From the IMG/VR virus record IMGVR_UViG_3300011115_000889, positions 1 through 52,558 of that record: a DNA stretch of 52,558 nt. One strand, given 5' to 3'. The position numbers and the translations under genes are program-made. Of the stretch, positions 43,393-52,558 are shown piece by piece; positions within the stretch are counted from its first letter, which is position 1, and each line of letters begins with the position of its first letter. The notes beneath the pieces were generated by a model, which ran no database searches, was not told the DNA's origin, and saw only the letters and a program-made list of their open reading frames with translations. This DNA is from a virus. Lineage: Duplodnaviria > Caudoviricetes.

Positions 43393-44919
43393 ATGTCTAC
43401 TGTAGTTTTGCGACCTAATGGTGATGGTGCTGGTGCGTCTGGTTTTCAAAGATTGGATGGCAATGTAACCAATTTGTATTCAGTTCTTGATGATAGCCCT
43501 GCTGATGATACAACTGGTGTCATTAAATTGGCTGGTACTGCAAATGGTACTAAGCGTATAAATTTTGACATGGAATCAACCACATTGAGTTCGGCTCAAT
43601 TGGTTCGTTATGTTCGGGTTCGTGCTAGGGCTACGGCTCCAGTGGCTTCAAGTCGTTATGATTTACAAATTGGCACCATAGTTTCGGGTTTGTCTTATTA
43701 TTCGCAACCTTTAAGTATTCGTGGTGAGTTTGATAATGCAACTAATTTTTCTGGTGGCTATTTTACTTTTGCTCCAGATGGTCAGCCTTGGAATCAAGAC
43801 CGTTTAGATAAATTATTTGTTCAATGTACAGAGTATGGCGAAAATACGGGGACTGTTTCGGCTGTTAGTTTGCTTGAGTTGTATGTTGATGTTGTTGTGG
43901 CTAATCAACCTACAGTTGTGGTTACTAATCCTTCTACTACTGCTACTTCTTATCCTCAAGTTACATGGACTTATACTGATTCTGATGGCGATGCTCAAGA
44001 GTATTATCAGATGAAAGTTTTTACTTCGGCTCAATACGGTGCAGGTGATTTTAATCCTGCTACTTCTACGGCTTTTTATGATTCTGGTGAAGTTGCTTCT
44101 TTTGATTTGTTTGCTACTTCTTTAGAGTTGGTGCCTAATGGAACTTACAAGTTTTATGTTAAGGCTGGTAAAAAAATTGCTGGGTCAATTTATTATTCAA
44201 ATTGGACAACTTCAACTGCTGTAGTTATGAATGTAGCAACACCAACTGTTCCAACTTTGACCGCTTCCTACAGTTCAACAACTAACAGTGTGAGTTTGAG
44301 TGCCACTGGTGCTATTTATTCGGCTGGAACTCAGTTGTTTAATTTTCAGCGTTCCGATGATGGTGGAACAACATGGACTGATGTGACATTGGGTACGAAT
44401 CTTGTTCCGAGTGCTAGTTATGTTGCTTCTGTTACTGATTATGAGGCTCAAAGAAAAACTGTTTATTATCGTGTTCGTTCGGTTGGGACAACGAGTTCAG
44501 GTACTTTTACTTCGGCTTGGAGTTCTTCAAGTAGTGTATCTGTGACCAATGACAAAAAATGGTGGTTTAAGCCAATTAATTATCCAACTTACAACATTGG
44601 TGGAGTACGAGTTAATTATGGCATTAGTGAAACTATTGCTGAAACTACTGGAGTTTTTCGTCCTTTGGGTCGCACTAATCCTGTGGTTGTTGCTGGGTCA
44701 ATTTATCAAAATGATGGTAGTTATCAGATTTCTTTGATTGATGATACTGAGTGGGATGCAATGGAAAATGTTTTGAAATCGCAATCCATTGTTTTAGTTC
44801 AAGACCCTTATGGAACTCAAAAGTATGTACGGTTTATTACCCGTGAACTTGATTTGGCTGGTACGAGTGGTCGAAGGGTTCGTAGTTTGAAAATTGATTA
44901 CATTGAAGTTGTGCCGTAG
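43393..44919 (+). CDS. minor tail / distal tail protein with Fn3-like domains
   Basis: Follows TMP; WTYTDSDGDAQ, YYRVRS, PLGR..PVVV. Confidence 0.75.
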   Translation: MSTVVLRPNGDGAGASGFQRLDGNVTNLYSVLDDSPADDTTGVIKLAGTANGTKRINFDMESTTLSSAQLVRYVRVRARATAPVASSRYDLQIGTIVSGLSYYSQPLSIRGEFDNATNFSGGYFTFAPDGQPWNQDRLDKLFVQCTEYGENTGTVSAVSLLELYVDVVVANQPTVVVTNPSTTATSYPQVTWTYTDSDGDAQEYYQMKVFTSAQYGAGDFNPATSTAFYDSGEVASFDLFATSLELVPNGTYKFYVKAGKKIAGSIYYSNWTTSTAVVMNVATPTVPTLTASYSSTTNSVSLSATGAIYSAGTQLFNFQRSDDGGTTWTDVTLGTNLVPSASYVASVTDYEAQRKTVYYRVRSVGTTSSGTFTSAWSSSSSVSVTNDKKWWFKPINYPTYNIGGVRVNYGISETIAETTGVFRPLGRTNPVVVAGSIYQNDGSYQISLIDDTEWDAMENVLKSQSIVLVQDPYGTQKYVRFITRELDLAGTSGRRVRSLKIDYIEVVP

Positions 44920-44921
44920 TC

Positions 44922-46214
44922 ATGTATCCAGTTACTTCTAAATTTCTTTCAGCAGTTCGTAATACGCATAATGCAACTATTCGTGCTGAGGTTCGTGTGT
45001 TTGGTCAAACTGTTTTGGAATTGTATCCGACAAGTGGAAATGTGACGATTGATGCTAATAGTAGTTTTCGCCGTACAATGACGATGACTATTGCTGAAGA
45101 AACAAATGACATTGCAGATACTGTCCCTGTTTACAATAATTACACAGCCGTTAATAGTGCTACTGCAACTTACACTTTATTGAATGCAAGCAAGGCAACT
45201 TATTCTTTGTTTTTAGAACTTTTGTCATACAGTTTAAATAAATCATCTATTTCTAAGTATGTTCCAGTTAATGCTTATTCACCTTTAACTCCTTTTGGTA
45301 ACGAAATTACTGTTTGGCGTGGTGTTAAATACGATGATGGAACAGTTGAAGAAGTTCCTCTTGGCGTTTTTTTGATTACCAAAGTGGATGTTGATGCAAA
45401 TGAAGGTGGCACCACCATTAAAGTTGATGGAGTTGACCGTTCTTTGCGTGTTAGTCGCAATAAACCAACTGAGGCTCCTTATTATTCTTCGGGTGGCACG
45501 GCTGGTGTGACAGGCACTGAAGTAATTAATTTGGTTACTGCTTTGAAAAATTTAATTCAAACCAGTTGGGCTGATGTTAAATTTAATTTTATTGATGTTG
45601 ATTTGAACATTAATGCTTTTGTTCTGGGGATTGGTGAAGACCCTTGGGTCAAAGCAGTTCAGATTGCTAATCAGTGTGGCTACGATTTGTTTTTTGATGC
45701 TGATGGGGTTTGCACTTTAGGTTCAATTCCTGATTCTTCCAGCATGATACCTATGGTGACTTATCAAGAGGGTTCTGAAGCAGTTTTGTTGGGTGTAAGT
45801 CGTAGCATCTCTTCAGATAACACCTACAATGGAGTTCATTTAACGGCTACAGGAACTTCAATGCCTATACCTTTTATGGCTACAGCATGGGATGAGGACT
45901 CAAGTTCACCAACTTACCGTTATGGAAGTTTTGGTCAAGTACCAATTTTCTTAACTTCTAACCTTTTATCAACAAAGGCTATTTGTGAGGCATCAGCAGT
46001 TCGTACTTTGTATCGCTACATTGGGGCTAGTGAAGAAATTTCTTGGAGTTCTATCACTAATCCTGCTCATGATGTGTTTGATGTGGTTCAGGTTCAAAAT
46101 ACTGGAACTCAAATTAATGTGGTTTTGATTATTGATAGTTTGACCATTCCGTTTGGGGCTAACGAGTCCATGTCGGCTAAGGCTCGTTCTATCAAGTTTT
46201 TGCCGTTGAGTTGA
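44922..46214 (+). CDS. baseplate hub-type minor tail protein (DUF5047-like)
   Basis: MYPVT..FL.AV, PFGNEI..WRG, VPLGVF, LFFDADG, SSPTY..FG.VP. Confidence 0.75.
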   Translation: MYPVTSKFLSAVRNTHNATIRAEVRVFGQTVLELYPTSGNVTIDANSSFRRTMTMTIAEETNDIADTVPVYNNYTAVNSATATYTLLNASKATYSLFLELLSYSLNKSSISKYVPVNAYSPLTPFGNEITVWRGVKYDDGTVEEVPLGVFLITKVDVDANEGGTTIKVDGVDRSLRVSRNKPTEAPYYSSGGTAGVTGTEVINLVTALKNLIQTSWADVKFNFIDVDLNINAFVLGIGEDPWVKAVQIANQCGYDLFFDADGVCTLGSIPDSSSMIPMVTYQEGSEAVLLGVSRSISSDNTYNGVHLTATGTSMPIPFMATAWDEDSSSPTYRYGSFGQVPIFLTSNLLSTKAICEASAVRTLYRYIGASEEISWSSITNPAHDVFDVVQVQNTGTQINVVLIIDSLTIPFGANESMSAKARSIKFLPLS

Positions 46215-46243
46215 TACAATAAATAGAAAATTGAGGAGTTTAC

Positions 46244-46876
46244 ATGGCTGGTACTACATCTAGGGGTTATCGTTATCCTTCTAATGCGGATACGCCCAAC
46301 ATTGCTACTGACTTTCAGAATCTTGCAAGTGACATTAATACTGATGTTGGCACAAAAGTTGGTTTATTTCTTGTAAATACAACTACTTTTGGCACTTCAC
46401 CTTGCACTCTTGATGGTGTTTTTACTGGTAGTTTTCGTAATTACAAAATTATTTTAACTGCAACTATTGGGGCTTCCAGTTCAACTGGTGCAACCATGGG
46501 GCTTCGTGCTTCTGGGACTACTGCTACTGGTGCCAACTACCAATGGAGTGGATTTTATGTCAATACTTCAGCAACAATAACTGCTGAAACCAGCACCACA
46601 GGAACAACTTTTAAGTTGCCTTGGAATTATGGTGGTACTGCGTCTAGTGGAATTTATGGCAGTGTTGGCAATCTTGTTCTTGATGTTTTAAATCCACAGT
46701 TGGCTTTGCAAACTTCATTTTCTTGTGATGGACAAGTTCCAAATTTATCTCAGTCTGGTGGCAGTGCAAAATACTCAGGTTTTCACACTCTCAGTAACGC
46801 TTATGATGGTTTTACTATTGCAATAACAGGTGCAACGGTAAGTGGTGGCATTGTTAAGGTTTACGGATACAACTAA
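46244..46876 (+). CDS. tail fiber / receptor-binding-type protein
   Basis: MAGTT..G..YP, F..NYKI, YDGFT..G..VYGY. Confidence 0.7.
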   Translation: MAGTTSRGYRYPSNADTPNIATDFQNLASDINTDVGTKVGLFLVNTTTFGTSPCTLDGVFTGSFRNYKIILTATIGASSSTGATMGLRASGTTATGANYQWSGFYVNTSATITAETSTTGTTFKLPWNYGGTASSGIYGSVGNLVLDVLNPQLALQTSFSCDGQVPNLSQSGGSAKYSGFHTLSNAYDGFTIAITGATVSGGIVKVYGYN

Positions 46877-46878
46877 AC

Positions 46879-47673
46879 ATGGATGATTTGACCCCAAATA
46901 AGGCTGGAAACGCAACCACTCCAAATGTTGATTCTACAGCCAGTTCAAGTTTTGAATTTCCAACAGGATTTTTTGACAGTTTTGTTGATACATTTCAAAG
47001 TCCAGTTTCAAATTTTAATTGCATTTTAGGAACAGTTAAATCATTTAACCCTACCTATGGTACTTTGAGTGTTTACATTGGTGGTTCCGCTACCGCTACT
47101 AGCCCAATAAAAATGTTAAATAATTTTGAACCTGTTATTGGTGGGGCTGTTTGGTTATTGCAAATTGGCACAGACTATTTGGCTATCGGTCAACAGCGTT
47201 TTGATACAGAATCCTTTTTGGATAGTTGGAACACTTGGGACTCAACTGCACCAAATGGTGCCATAACTTTTGATAGTGCGTCAGGTTGGGTTTTGAACAA
47301 CGGCACGGTTTCTGGTTCTTATCTACAAATTGGCAAAACTGTTTTTTTTAAGGGTGTCTACACAGTTGGTTCTTCTGACACCATTGGTTCTACAGGTTTG
47401 AACATCAGTCTTCCAGTTCAATCTATTGATACTAATTGGCAGGGCATTGGTCGTGCGTCATTGGTCTTAGGTGGAACCAGTTTATCCGTGCCCTGTCTTC
47501 TTGCCCCTGTGAGTGGAAATTTATATTTCCAACCACAAGTTTTCACAATTGTTACAAGTGCGAGTCCTGCAAGTTCAACTTTTTATGTGCGTAGGTCAGC
47601 AATCACCAGCACAAATTACACAAGAACGGCTGGTAACTCAATCATTTTTAATGGCGTATACCCATCGGTGTAA
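46879..47673 (+). CDS. tail tip/fiber protein
   Basis: N-terminal OB-like segment (P.IGG.VW), C-terminal G.Y.QIGKTV..SLPV fiber-head pattern. Confidence 0.65.
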   Translation: MDDLTPNKAGNATTPNVDSTASSSFEFPTGFFDSFVDTFQSPVSNFNCILGTVKSFNPTYGTLSVYIGGSATATSPIKMLNNFEPVIGGAVWLLQIGTDYLAIGQQRFDTESFLDSWNTWDSTAPNGAITFDSASGWVLNNGTVSGSYLQIGKTVFFKGVYTVGSSDTIGSTGLNISLPVQSIDTNWQGIGRASLVLGGTSLSVPCLLAPVSGNLYFQPQVFTIVTSASPASSTFYVRRSAITSTNYTRTAGNSIIFNGVYPSV

Positions 47674-47727
47674 AACTTTTTATGTAAACTGAGTTCAATG
47701 CCTAAACAAACTTAGTGGAGTAGATAG

Positions 47728-48018
47728 ATGACGCAGTGGCAAACTTATTTAGCAATAACTTGCTCCGTGATTGTAATCCTTGGTGGGATTGTAAAAATCT
47801 ATCAGTTGACTAAACGCATAGATGCGTCAATAGGTTTGGACAGAGAAGGGCGAACTGTTTCGGAGCGTATTGGTAGAGTTGAACATCAACTCTGGCCCAA
47901 TGGCGGTTCAAGTTTGATGGATAAAGTGAACTCAAATGAGCGTATTAATAGCGAAATTTCAGGGGAAATCACAATTATTCGTGAACTGCTTCAGGCTCTT
48001 TTAACTAACCGTAAATAG
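47728..48018 (+). CDS. single-TM membrane protein (possible lysis-associated)
   Basis: N-terminal TM segment, PNGGSSL.DKV. Confidence 0.65.
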   Translation: MTQWQTYLAITCSVIVILGGIVKIYQLTKRIDASIGLDREGRTVSERIGRVEHQLWPNGGSSLMDKVNSNERINSEISGEITIIRELLQALLTNRK

Positions 48019-48159
48019 ACTGAAACTGGAGTGAAAAGGGAAAAACACTCCAGTCCCAGCCGAGCAACTGGGAACCCCTTACCAGTCGCTCTCGCAAGTA
48101 AACATAAAAGTCTTGCTTTGTTTATCTTTGCCACTTTTTGTTGACGATTCAAGCCGTGT

Positions 48160-48187
48160 TTGACTTTCTAAACCCTAGGTGTATTAT
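48160..48187 (+). promoter_or_regulatory. sigma70-type promoter for the replication/recombination operon
   Basis: TTGACT-16nt-TATTAT, with the CTAAACC core in the spacer; GGAGGAG RBS follows. Confidence 0.6.
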
Positions 48188-48210
48188 GGGTACAAAGGGA
48201 GGAGTTAATC

Positions 48211-48753
48211 ATGGAAAACATTCATGAATTTGAAGACTCAGAAACAGAAGCAAGTGAGTTCAAAGAAGCGTTCAAAGTTTTGGACGATTCTGGGGCGACT
48301 TGGGCAATTCGCAAGTTGTTAGCGATTCGTATGAAGTTAAGTGAAAATACGGAAATTTATTCACAAGAATTAAATCGCATTAACAAATGGTTAGAAAAAT
48401 CCAACGAAAAATTGGAAAAAGATGAAAATTATTTTGTTAGTCTTTTGACCGATTACGCCTATCGTGTTCGCGTAAAAGACAATCGTAAAACCATTACCTT
48501 GATTCATGGCGTAATTAAATCTCGCGTGTCAGCACCAAAAGTTAAAGTAGATGATACGGAAGTTTTTATGGGTTGGGCAAAAGCCACAGGTGCCAGTGAA
48601 CTCATTCGTGTTAAAGAAGAGCCAGCAGTTTCCACATTTAAAGAACTGTTTGACATAGTAGGCGATAAAGTCGTGCTACGAGCAACAGGTGAAGTCGTTC
48701 AAGGCGTAACTGTTGTACCAGAATCAACCTCAATCACAATCGAATCGGAGTAG
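48211..48753 (+). CDS. Mu Gam-like host-nuclease inhibitor
   Basis: F.V.D..A.WA.RKL coiled coil, KTI.L.HG.IK.R; adjacent to ERF. Confidence 0.75.
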   Translation: MENIHEFEDSETEASEFKEAFKVLDDSGATWAIRKLLAIRMKLSENTEIYSQELNRINKWLEKSNEKLEKDENYFVSLLTDYAYRVRVKDNRKTITLIHGVIKSRVSAPKVKVDDTEVFMGWAKATGASELIRVKEEPAVSTFKELFDIVGDKVVLRATGEVVQGVTVVPESTSITIESE

Positions 48754-48754
48754 A

Positions 48755-49369
48755 ATGTCAGAGAACCCCACCATTCAACAATCGCTTGCTTTCGTTATGG
48801 AAGATGTGCAAGCAGTAGCCAAGAAAGACCGCAACAACTCGCAGGGATTCAGTTTCCGTGGCATTGATGCAGTCGTTAACGCCGTTGCTCCAGCATTGCG
48901 TAAACACAAAGTCGTAGTAGTTCCTGTGGTGCTTGAACACCAATACGGGACTGTGGAAGTTGGCAAGAACCGAACTCCCATGAGCCATGTTATCTTGAAG
49001 GTGTCTTACAAGTTCATAGGCATCGCTGGTGACGCGATTGAAGCCGTGGTGGTATCTGAAGCCATGGACTCAGGTGACAAGGCTATGTCGAAGGCTATGT
49101 CCGTTGCGTTCCGAACTGCACTGCTTCAAGCACTTGCTTTACCCACCGATGAACCTGACCCAGATTCAGTTTCGTATGAGCGTTCAGAACCACTACCGCC
49201 AGCCACGCAGGAAGAATACAACTCAGTTCACGCTGGCTTGATGGAAGCAGATACAGCCGAGAAGTTGACGACTGTCGCTCAAACTGTTGGTAACTACAAT
49301 TTTACAGCCGAGGAAAAGAAGTCCTTACGCTTGGTGTACACTCAACGCTTTACTGAACTCAGCAGTTAG
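48755..49369 (+). CDS. ERF-family ssDNA annealing protein
   Basis: K..RN..QGF.FRGIDAV, EAMDSGDKA..KA.SVA, LPTDEPDPD. Confidence 0.88.
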   Translation: MSENPTIQQSLAFVMEDVQAVAKKDRNNSQGFSFRGIDAVVNAVAPALRKHKVVVVPVVLEHQYGTVEVGKNRTPMSHVILKVSYKFIGIAGDAIEAVVVSEAMDSGDKAMSKAMSVAFRTALLQALALPTDEPDPDSVSYERSEPLPPATQEEYNSVHAGLMEADTAEKLTTVAQTVGNYNFTAEEKKSLRLVYTQRFTELSS

Positions 49370-49377
49370 GAAGCGTT

Positions 49378-50145
49378 ATGAGCATTATCCGTGCCCAGCG
49401 TCCACATTCAGGGTTCACGGTAGTTCGTAACGATGTCGCTCAAGACACCCGTTTGTCCTACCGTGCCCGTGGACTCTTAATCTACATTTTGTCGTTGCCA
49501 GATAATTGGCGAACGGACTCAATTTCACTTGCAAAAGAAGCAATTGAGGGTCGGGATGCGATTCGTAAATGTTTGACTGAGATGGAAGAAGCAGGGTATC
49601 TAAAACGCTCCAAATCACAGAATGAGTTGGGGCATTGGGAAACCTTGTGGACAATCTACGACCACCCAGAGTTGGCAAACCTCGAAAACACCGAAGACGG
49701 ATTTCCAGTCATCGGTAAATCAGGCACTATACAAAGTACTAATACAAAAGACTTACTAATAGAGTTACAACCTGCGGTTGATGCACCTATTACGGCAAGG
49801 GAAGTTGTAGGTGCTTATGTGGATACTTGGGTTGAGTTGCATGGGGAAAAACCGTTAACTCGTCAGATTGGTCAGTTGTCGCGTGAAGCCCGTGTTTTGC
49901 TTGAGCAAGGGGTTGAGCCAACCCGACTCATAGAATCTGCCAAAAAGTGTGCAACTGATGGTCATGCACGATTGGACTCATCTTACGCATGGTTGACCGC
50001 TAACGGGACTCGCAGTTCCAACAACAGTGCCCGTTCCGAGAATCTCAACACGGGACTCAATTTGGTTAAGCATTTTGAAGCACAGGAAGGACAAGTAGCA
50101 GAAATTGAAGCGTTCAGACCTCGCCAGATTGCTAACGATGGTTAA
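49378..50145 (+). CDS. replication initiator with N-terminal wHTH
   Basis: FTVV.N..D.RLS..ARGLL.Y.LS.PD.W..EGRDAI..L.E.E.AGYL. Confidence 0.8.
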   Translation: MSIIRAQRPHSGFTVVRNDVAQDTRLSYRARGLLIYILSLPDNWRTDSISLAKEAIEGRDAIRKCLTEMEEAGYLKRSKSQNELGHWETLWTIYDHPELANLENTEDGFPVIGKSGTIQSTNTKDLLIELQPAVDAPITAREVVGAYVDTWVELHGEKPLTRQIGQLSREARVLLEQGVEPTRLIESAKKCATDGHARLDSSYAWLTANGTRSSNNSARSENLNTGLNLVKHFEAQEGQVAEIEAFRPRQIANDG

Positions 50146-50425
50146 GTCTATAGATGACCGCATTTCGGTGGATGAAGCCCGTGTTTACGCTTGGGAACTC
50201 GTTTTGGATAGCGACATCACTTTCGAGTTCGGCATAGAAGCCCTGAAACGCCATTACAGCGTTTCTAACGAGCGAATCATGCCTAGCCACCTGAATGTCC
50301 CGTGGAGGGCTTACAAGCGTGATGAGAGCCTTAAACAGCAAGTTTTGGAGTCCACCACCCAGATAGGTGTACCACCCACAGAAGAGTTCAAACAAGCCCT
50401 AAACAAAATCAGAAGGATAAAATGA
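50105..50425 (+). CDS. helicase loader/inhibitor-like protein (SPP1 G39P-like)
   Basis: D.R..AW..L..A...HY...IMP; follows the initiator. Confidence 0.6.
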   Translation: MKRSDLARLLTMVKSIDDRISVDEARVYAWELVLDSDITFEFGIEALKRHYSVSNERIMPSHLNVPWRAYKRDESLKQQVLESTTQIGVPPTEEFKQALNKIRRIK

Positions 50426-50808
50426 AAAAAGCACACGGAGTCCACCCAGATACAAGGCGTGAAGTTTTAGCGAGAGCATACTTCACTTGCGAGTTTTGCG
50501 GATGGAAAAACAATTCACTCAACATTCATCACCGAACTCCACGGGGGATGGGTGGAACCAGAGTCAAAGAGATTAATGAACCAGCCAATTTATTGGTGTT
50601 GTGTGGCTCAGGAACCACAGGATGCCACGGATGGGTTGAGTCCAACCGTGAACAGGCTACAGAACTCGGATTGTTGGTAAAACGGGGACAAAACGCTGAA
50701 CTCATACCGTTCAAGAACAAAGAAGGGCAAGTTTTTACCATTTTGAACGATGGAACCAAATTGCTTTGGGTCGAAACCACGGAAAAAGGCACAGAAAATG
50801 ACTTGTAA
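50422..50808 (+). CDS. HNH endonuclease
   Basis: CEFC, HHR..RGMGG, NL..LCGSGTTGCHGWVE. Confidence 0.88.
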   Translation: MKKAHGVHPDTRREVLARAYFTCEFCGWKNNSLNIHHRTPRGMGGTRVKEINEPANLLVLCGSGTTGCHGWVESNREQATELGLLVKRGQNAELIPFKNKEGQVFTILNDGTKLLWVETTEKGTENDL

Positions 50809-50838
50809 TACACAACTAGAGTTGTTAAACTACAGTTT

Positions 50839-51222
50839 ATGTGCAGTACAACTCACACCCATGAGTTCACACTTCATTTTGCTCAAAAACCATGGACAAC
50901 GAACGCAGAACGAGCAGGAAACAGGTGGGAACGAGCGAACAATGTCAAAACATGGCGAACCGCTTTCTTCTACCTAGCCAAACAGCAAAAAATACCGCAA
51001 CTCACAGATGTACAAATCACAGTTGGGGTACAACAAGAAAAAGGACGACTCCAAGATGTCGGAGCATGCAACCCAGCATGCAAAGCGGCCATTGATGGAC
51101 TCGTAGACGCAGGGGTGATGGAAGACGATTCCCCAAAGTTTTTAACTTCAATCACATTCATGCAACCCACAAGAGCAAAAAACGGATTAACACTACACAT
51201 AAAAGGAACAGGAACCTCGTAA
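50839..51222 (+). CDS. RusA-like Holliday junction resolvase
   Basis: QD...P..KAAIDGLVDAGV.EDD. Confidence 0.8.
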   Translation: MCSTTHTHEFTLHFAQKPWTTNAERAGNRWERANNVKTWRTAFFYLAKQQKIPQLTDVQITVGVQQEKGRLQDVGACNPACKAAIDGLVDAGVMEDDSPKFLTSITFMQPTRAKNGLTLHIKGTGTS

Positions 51223-51500
51223 TGGCATTCATACGACCTTCAGGGAAAGAAACTGAACGCCAACTTGAAGAACTCAGGTTGGTATCAGGAATGATGAAAG
51301 AACACCACGACCAAGTTGAAAAACTTATGAAACGGCGTAAAGAACTCATTCTCAAACTCAAAGAGAAGAACATTACCTACAAAACCATGTCCGAGTACAT
51401 GGGCACCACTTACCAAAACATTTACAAAATCATCAAGGACGAAATTCCGCGAGATGAACACGGTAAAGCCAGAGTTGGAAGACCACCACTAAATCCTTGA
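51222..51500 (+). CDS. HTH DNA-binding protein
   Basis: ITYKTMSEYMGTTYQNIYKII; C-terminal GRP. Confidence 0.7.
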   Translation: MAFIRPSGKETERQLEELRLVSGMMKEHHDQVEKLMKRRKELILKLKEKNITYKTMSEYMGTTYQNIYKIIKDEIPRDEHGKARVGRPPLNP

Positions 51501-51513
51501 GAGGGGATAAGAA

Positions 51514-51720
51514 ATGACCAACACAGCAACTCAAAGCCTGATTAAAGCACTTGCTTGTAATGAGGAAACCAGCCACACGGACGAAGCAGTCGCACAAGTA
51601 GCAACTCAATGGTTCGCACATTGGCTAGAAGTTCGTGCAACTTTAGAAATCGCTGAAGGGCGAGAAACAGACGCTGAAAGTTTAATCAGAGCGTCATACG
51701 CACTCAAAAACTTGGAGTAA
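51514..51720 (+). CDS. hypothetical protein
   Basis: 68-aa ORF with GAGGGG RBS. Confidence 0.6.
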   Translation: MTNTATQSLIKALACNEETSHTDEAVAQVATQWFAHWLEVRATLEIAEGRETDAESLIRASYALKNLE

Positions 51721-51723
51721 ACC

Positions 51724-52558
51724 ATGGGCAACAACATTAGGATTACTGAAACTGAAACAGTTCCAGTGAACTCAATCACGCCACACCCACAAAACGCTAG
51801 ACGCGGTGACATTGACAAGATTGCTGAGTCCCTAGACAAGCACGGGCAATACAAGCCCATAGTTGTGAACAGGCGAGATAACTGCATACTTGCAGGTAAT
51901 CACACATACAAGGCAGTCAAGAAACTCAAATGGTCAAAAATTGCTGTCGTTTGGGTAGATGTAGATGAAACCACAGCCAAGAAAATCATGATTGTGGACA
52001 ATCGCACCTCCGACTTGAGTTCATACAACGAAGACGCACTTTTTGGCATGCTCAGTGAACTCCCCGACCTCGCAGGTACAGGATTCACAGATGATGACCT
52101 AGCAAACCTCAGCGAACTCCTAAACAGCCCATTCACTCCAGATGACAAACCAATGCGTGAAGCACAAGATGACGAATACCAACTTGTGTTAGGTAAGTTC
52201 AGAGGGACTCTAGATGCACAAATCTATGAAGCGTGGGAAGAGGCAATACTCGCAGACTGTGACCAGAAACGCCCAAGAGTCATAGCGACACTTAAAGAAT
52301 GGCTCCAACTACCCACCCCAGTGTTACCAATGTACAACGACCCAGCGACATTACTAAGCCCACCAGAACGAGTCGAAGCAGTCCTAGCAGATGTAGACAC
52401 CCTACGCCCATACCCACAAAACCCACGCGAAGGGGACATCGGAGCAATCGCCCAATCCCTCCAAGAACTCGGACAATACCGACCAATCGTAGCCCGAACA
52501 GACGGCACAATCCTCGCAGGAAACCACACCTACCAAGCAGTCAAAGCCCTCGGATGGA
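51724..52558 (+). CDS. tandem ParB/Srx-domain protein (runs off the window end)
   Basis: Hand translation: PHPQNARRGD..GQYKPIVV..ILAGNHT and PYPQNPREGD..GQYRPIV..ILAGNHT; absent from the ORF track because there is no stop in the window. Confidence 0.88.
   Translation, partial: MGNNIRITETETVPVNSITPHPQNARRGDIDKIAESLDKHGQYKPIVVNRRDNCILAGNHTYKAVKKLKWSKIAVVWVDVDETTAKKIMIVDNRTSDLSSYNEDALFGMLSELPDLAGTGFTDDDLANLSELLNSPFTPDDKPMREAQDDEYQLVLGKFRGTLDAQIYEAWEEAILADCDQKRPRVIATLKEWLQLPTPVLPMYNDPATLLSPPERVEAVLADVDTLRPYPQNPREGDIGAIAQSLQELGQYRPIVARTDGTILAGNHTYQAVKALGW

Noticed and set aside
12999-47673. Many 60-130 aa antisense or off-frame ORFs in the structural region
   Set aside because: Shadows of biased codon usage in real genes; no RBS or motifs
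51606-52529. Minus-strand ORFs at the right end
   Set aside because: Antisense to the clear plus-strand ParB-domain gene
1-52558. tRNA, integrase or transposase
   Set aside because: No cloverleaf with T/D loops and no recombinase motifs recognised; a tRNAscan or HMM run would be needed to exclude them fully

Overview
This window is most of a tailed (siphovirus-like) phage genome, probably infecting an Actinobacterium: it carries WhiB, an actinobacterial-type SSB, a DUF732-like lipoprotein and an SLT-type transglycosylase. Positions 1-11.3 kb hold small early/accessory genes behind a repeated ~32-bp promoter cassette, plus an HDAC-family deacetylase, a SprT-like protease and a candidate five-hairpin ncRNA. 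Positions 11.3-12.9 kb hold a C5-cytosine MTase (nested second ORF; Asn->Arg in motif X) next to a CmoA-like carboxy-SAM synthase. Positions 12.9-48 kb are the morphogenesis genes, and 48-52.5 kb are recombination/replication genes. The standout is a 13-kb array (15.4-28.4 kb) between MuF and the XkdF-type prohead protease. Nine ORFs carry 15 copies of a His-rich peptide, [VLFM]-x-K-H-L-x-G-[QK]-H-D-Q-x-[ST]-H-G-x-W, and each copy sits directly in front of its own cargo domain (ADP-ribosyltransferases, GNATs, zinc peptidases, DUF3626-like, ParB-like, zeta-toxin kinase). I infer a modular, protease-processed, virion-packaged effector system. All family calls are from motif recognition by eye; no searches were run.
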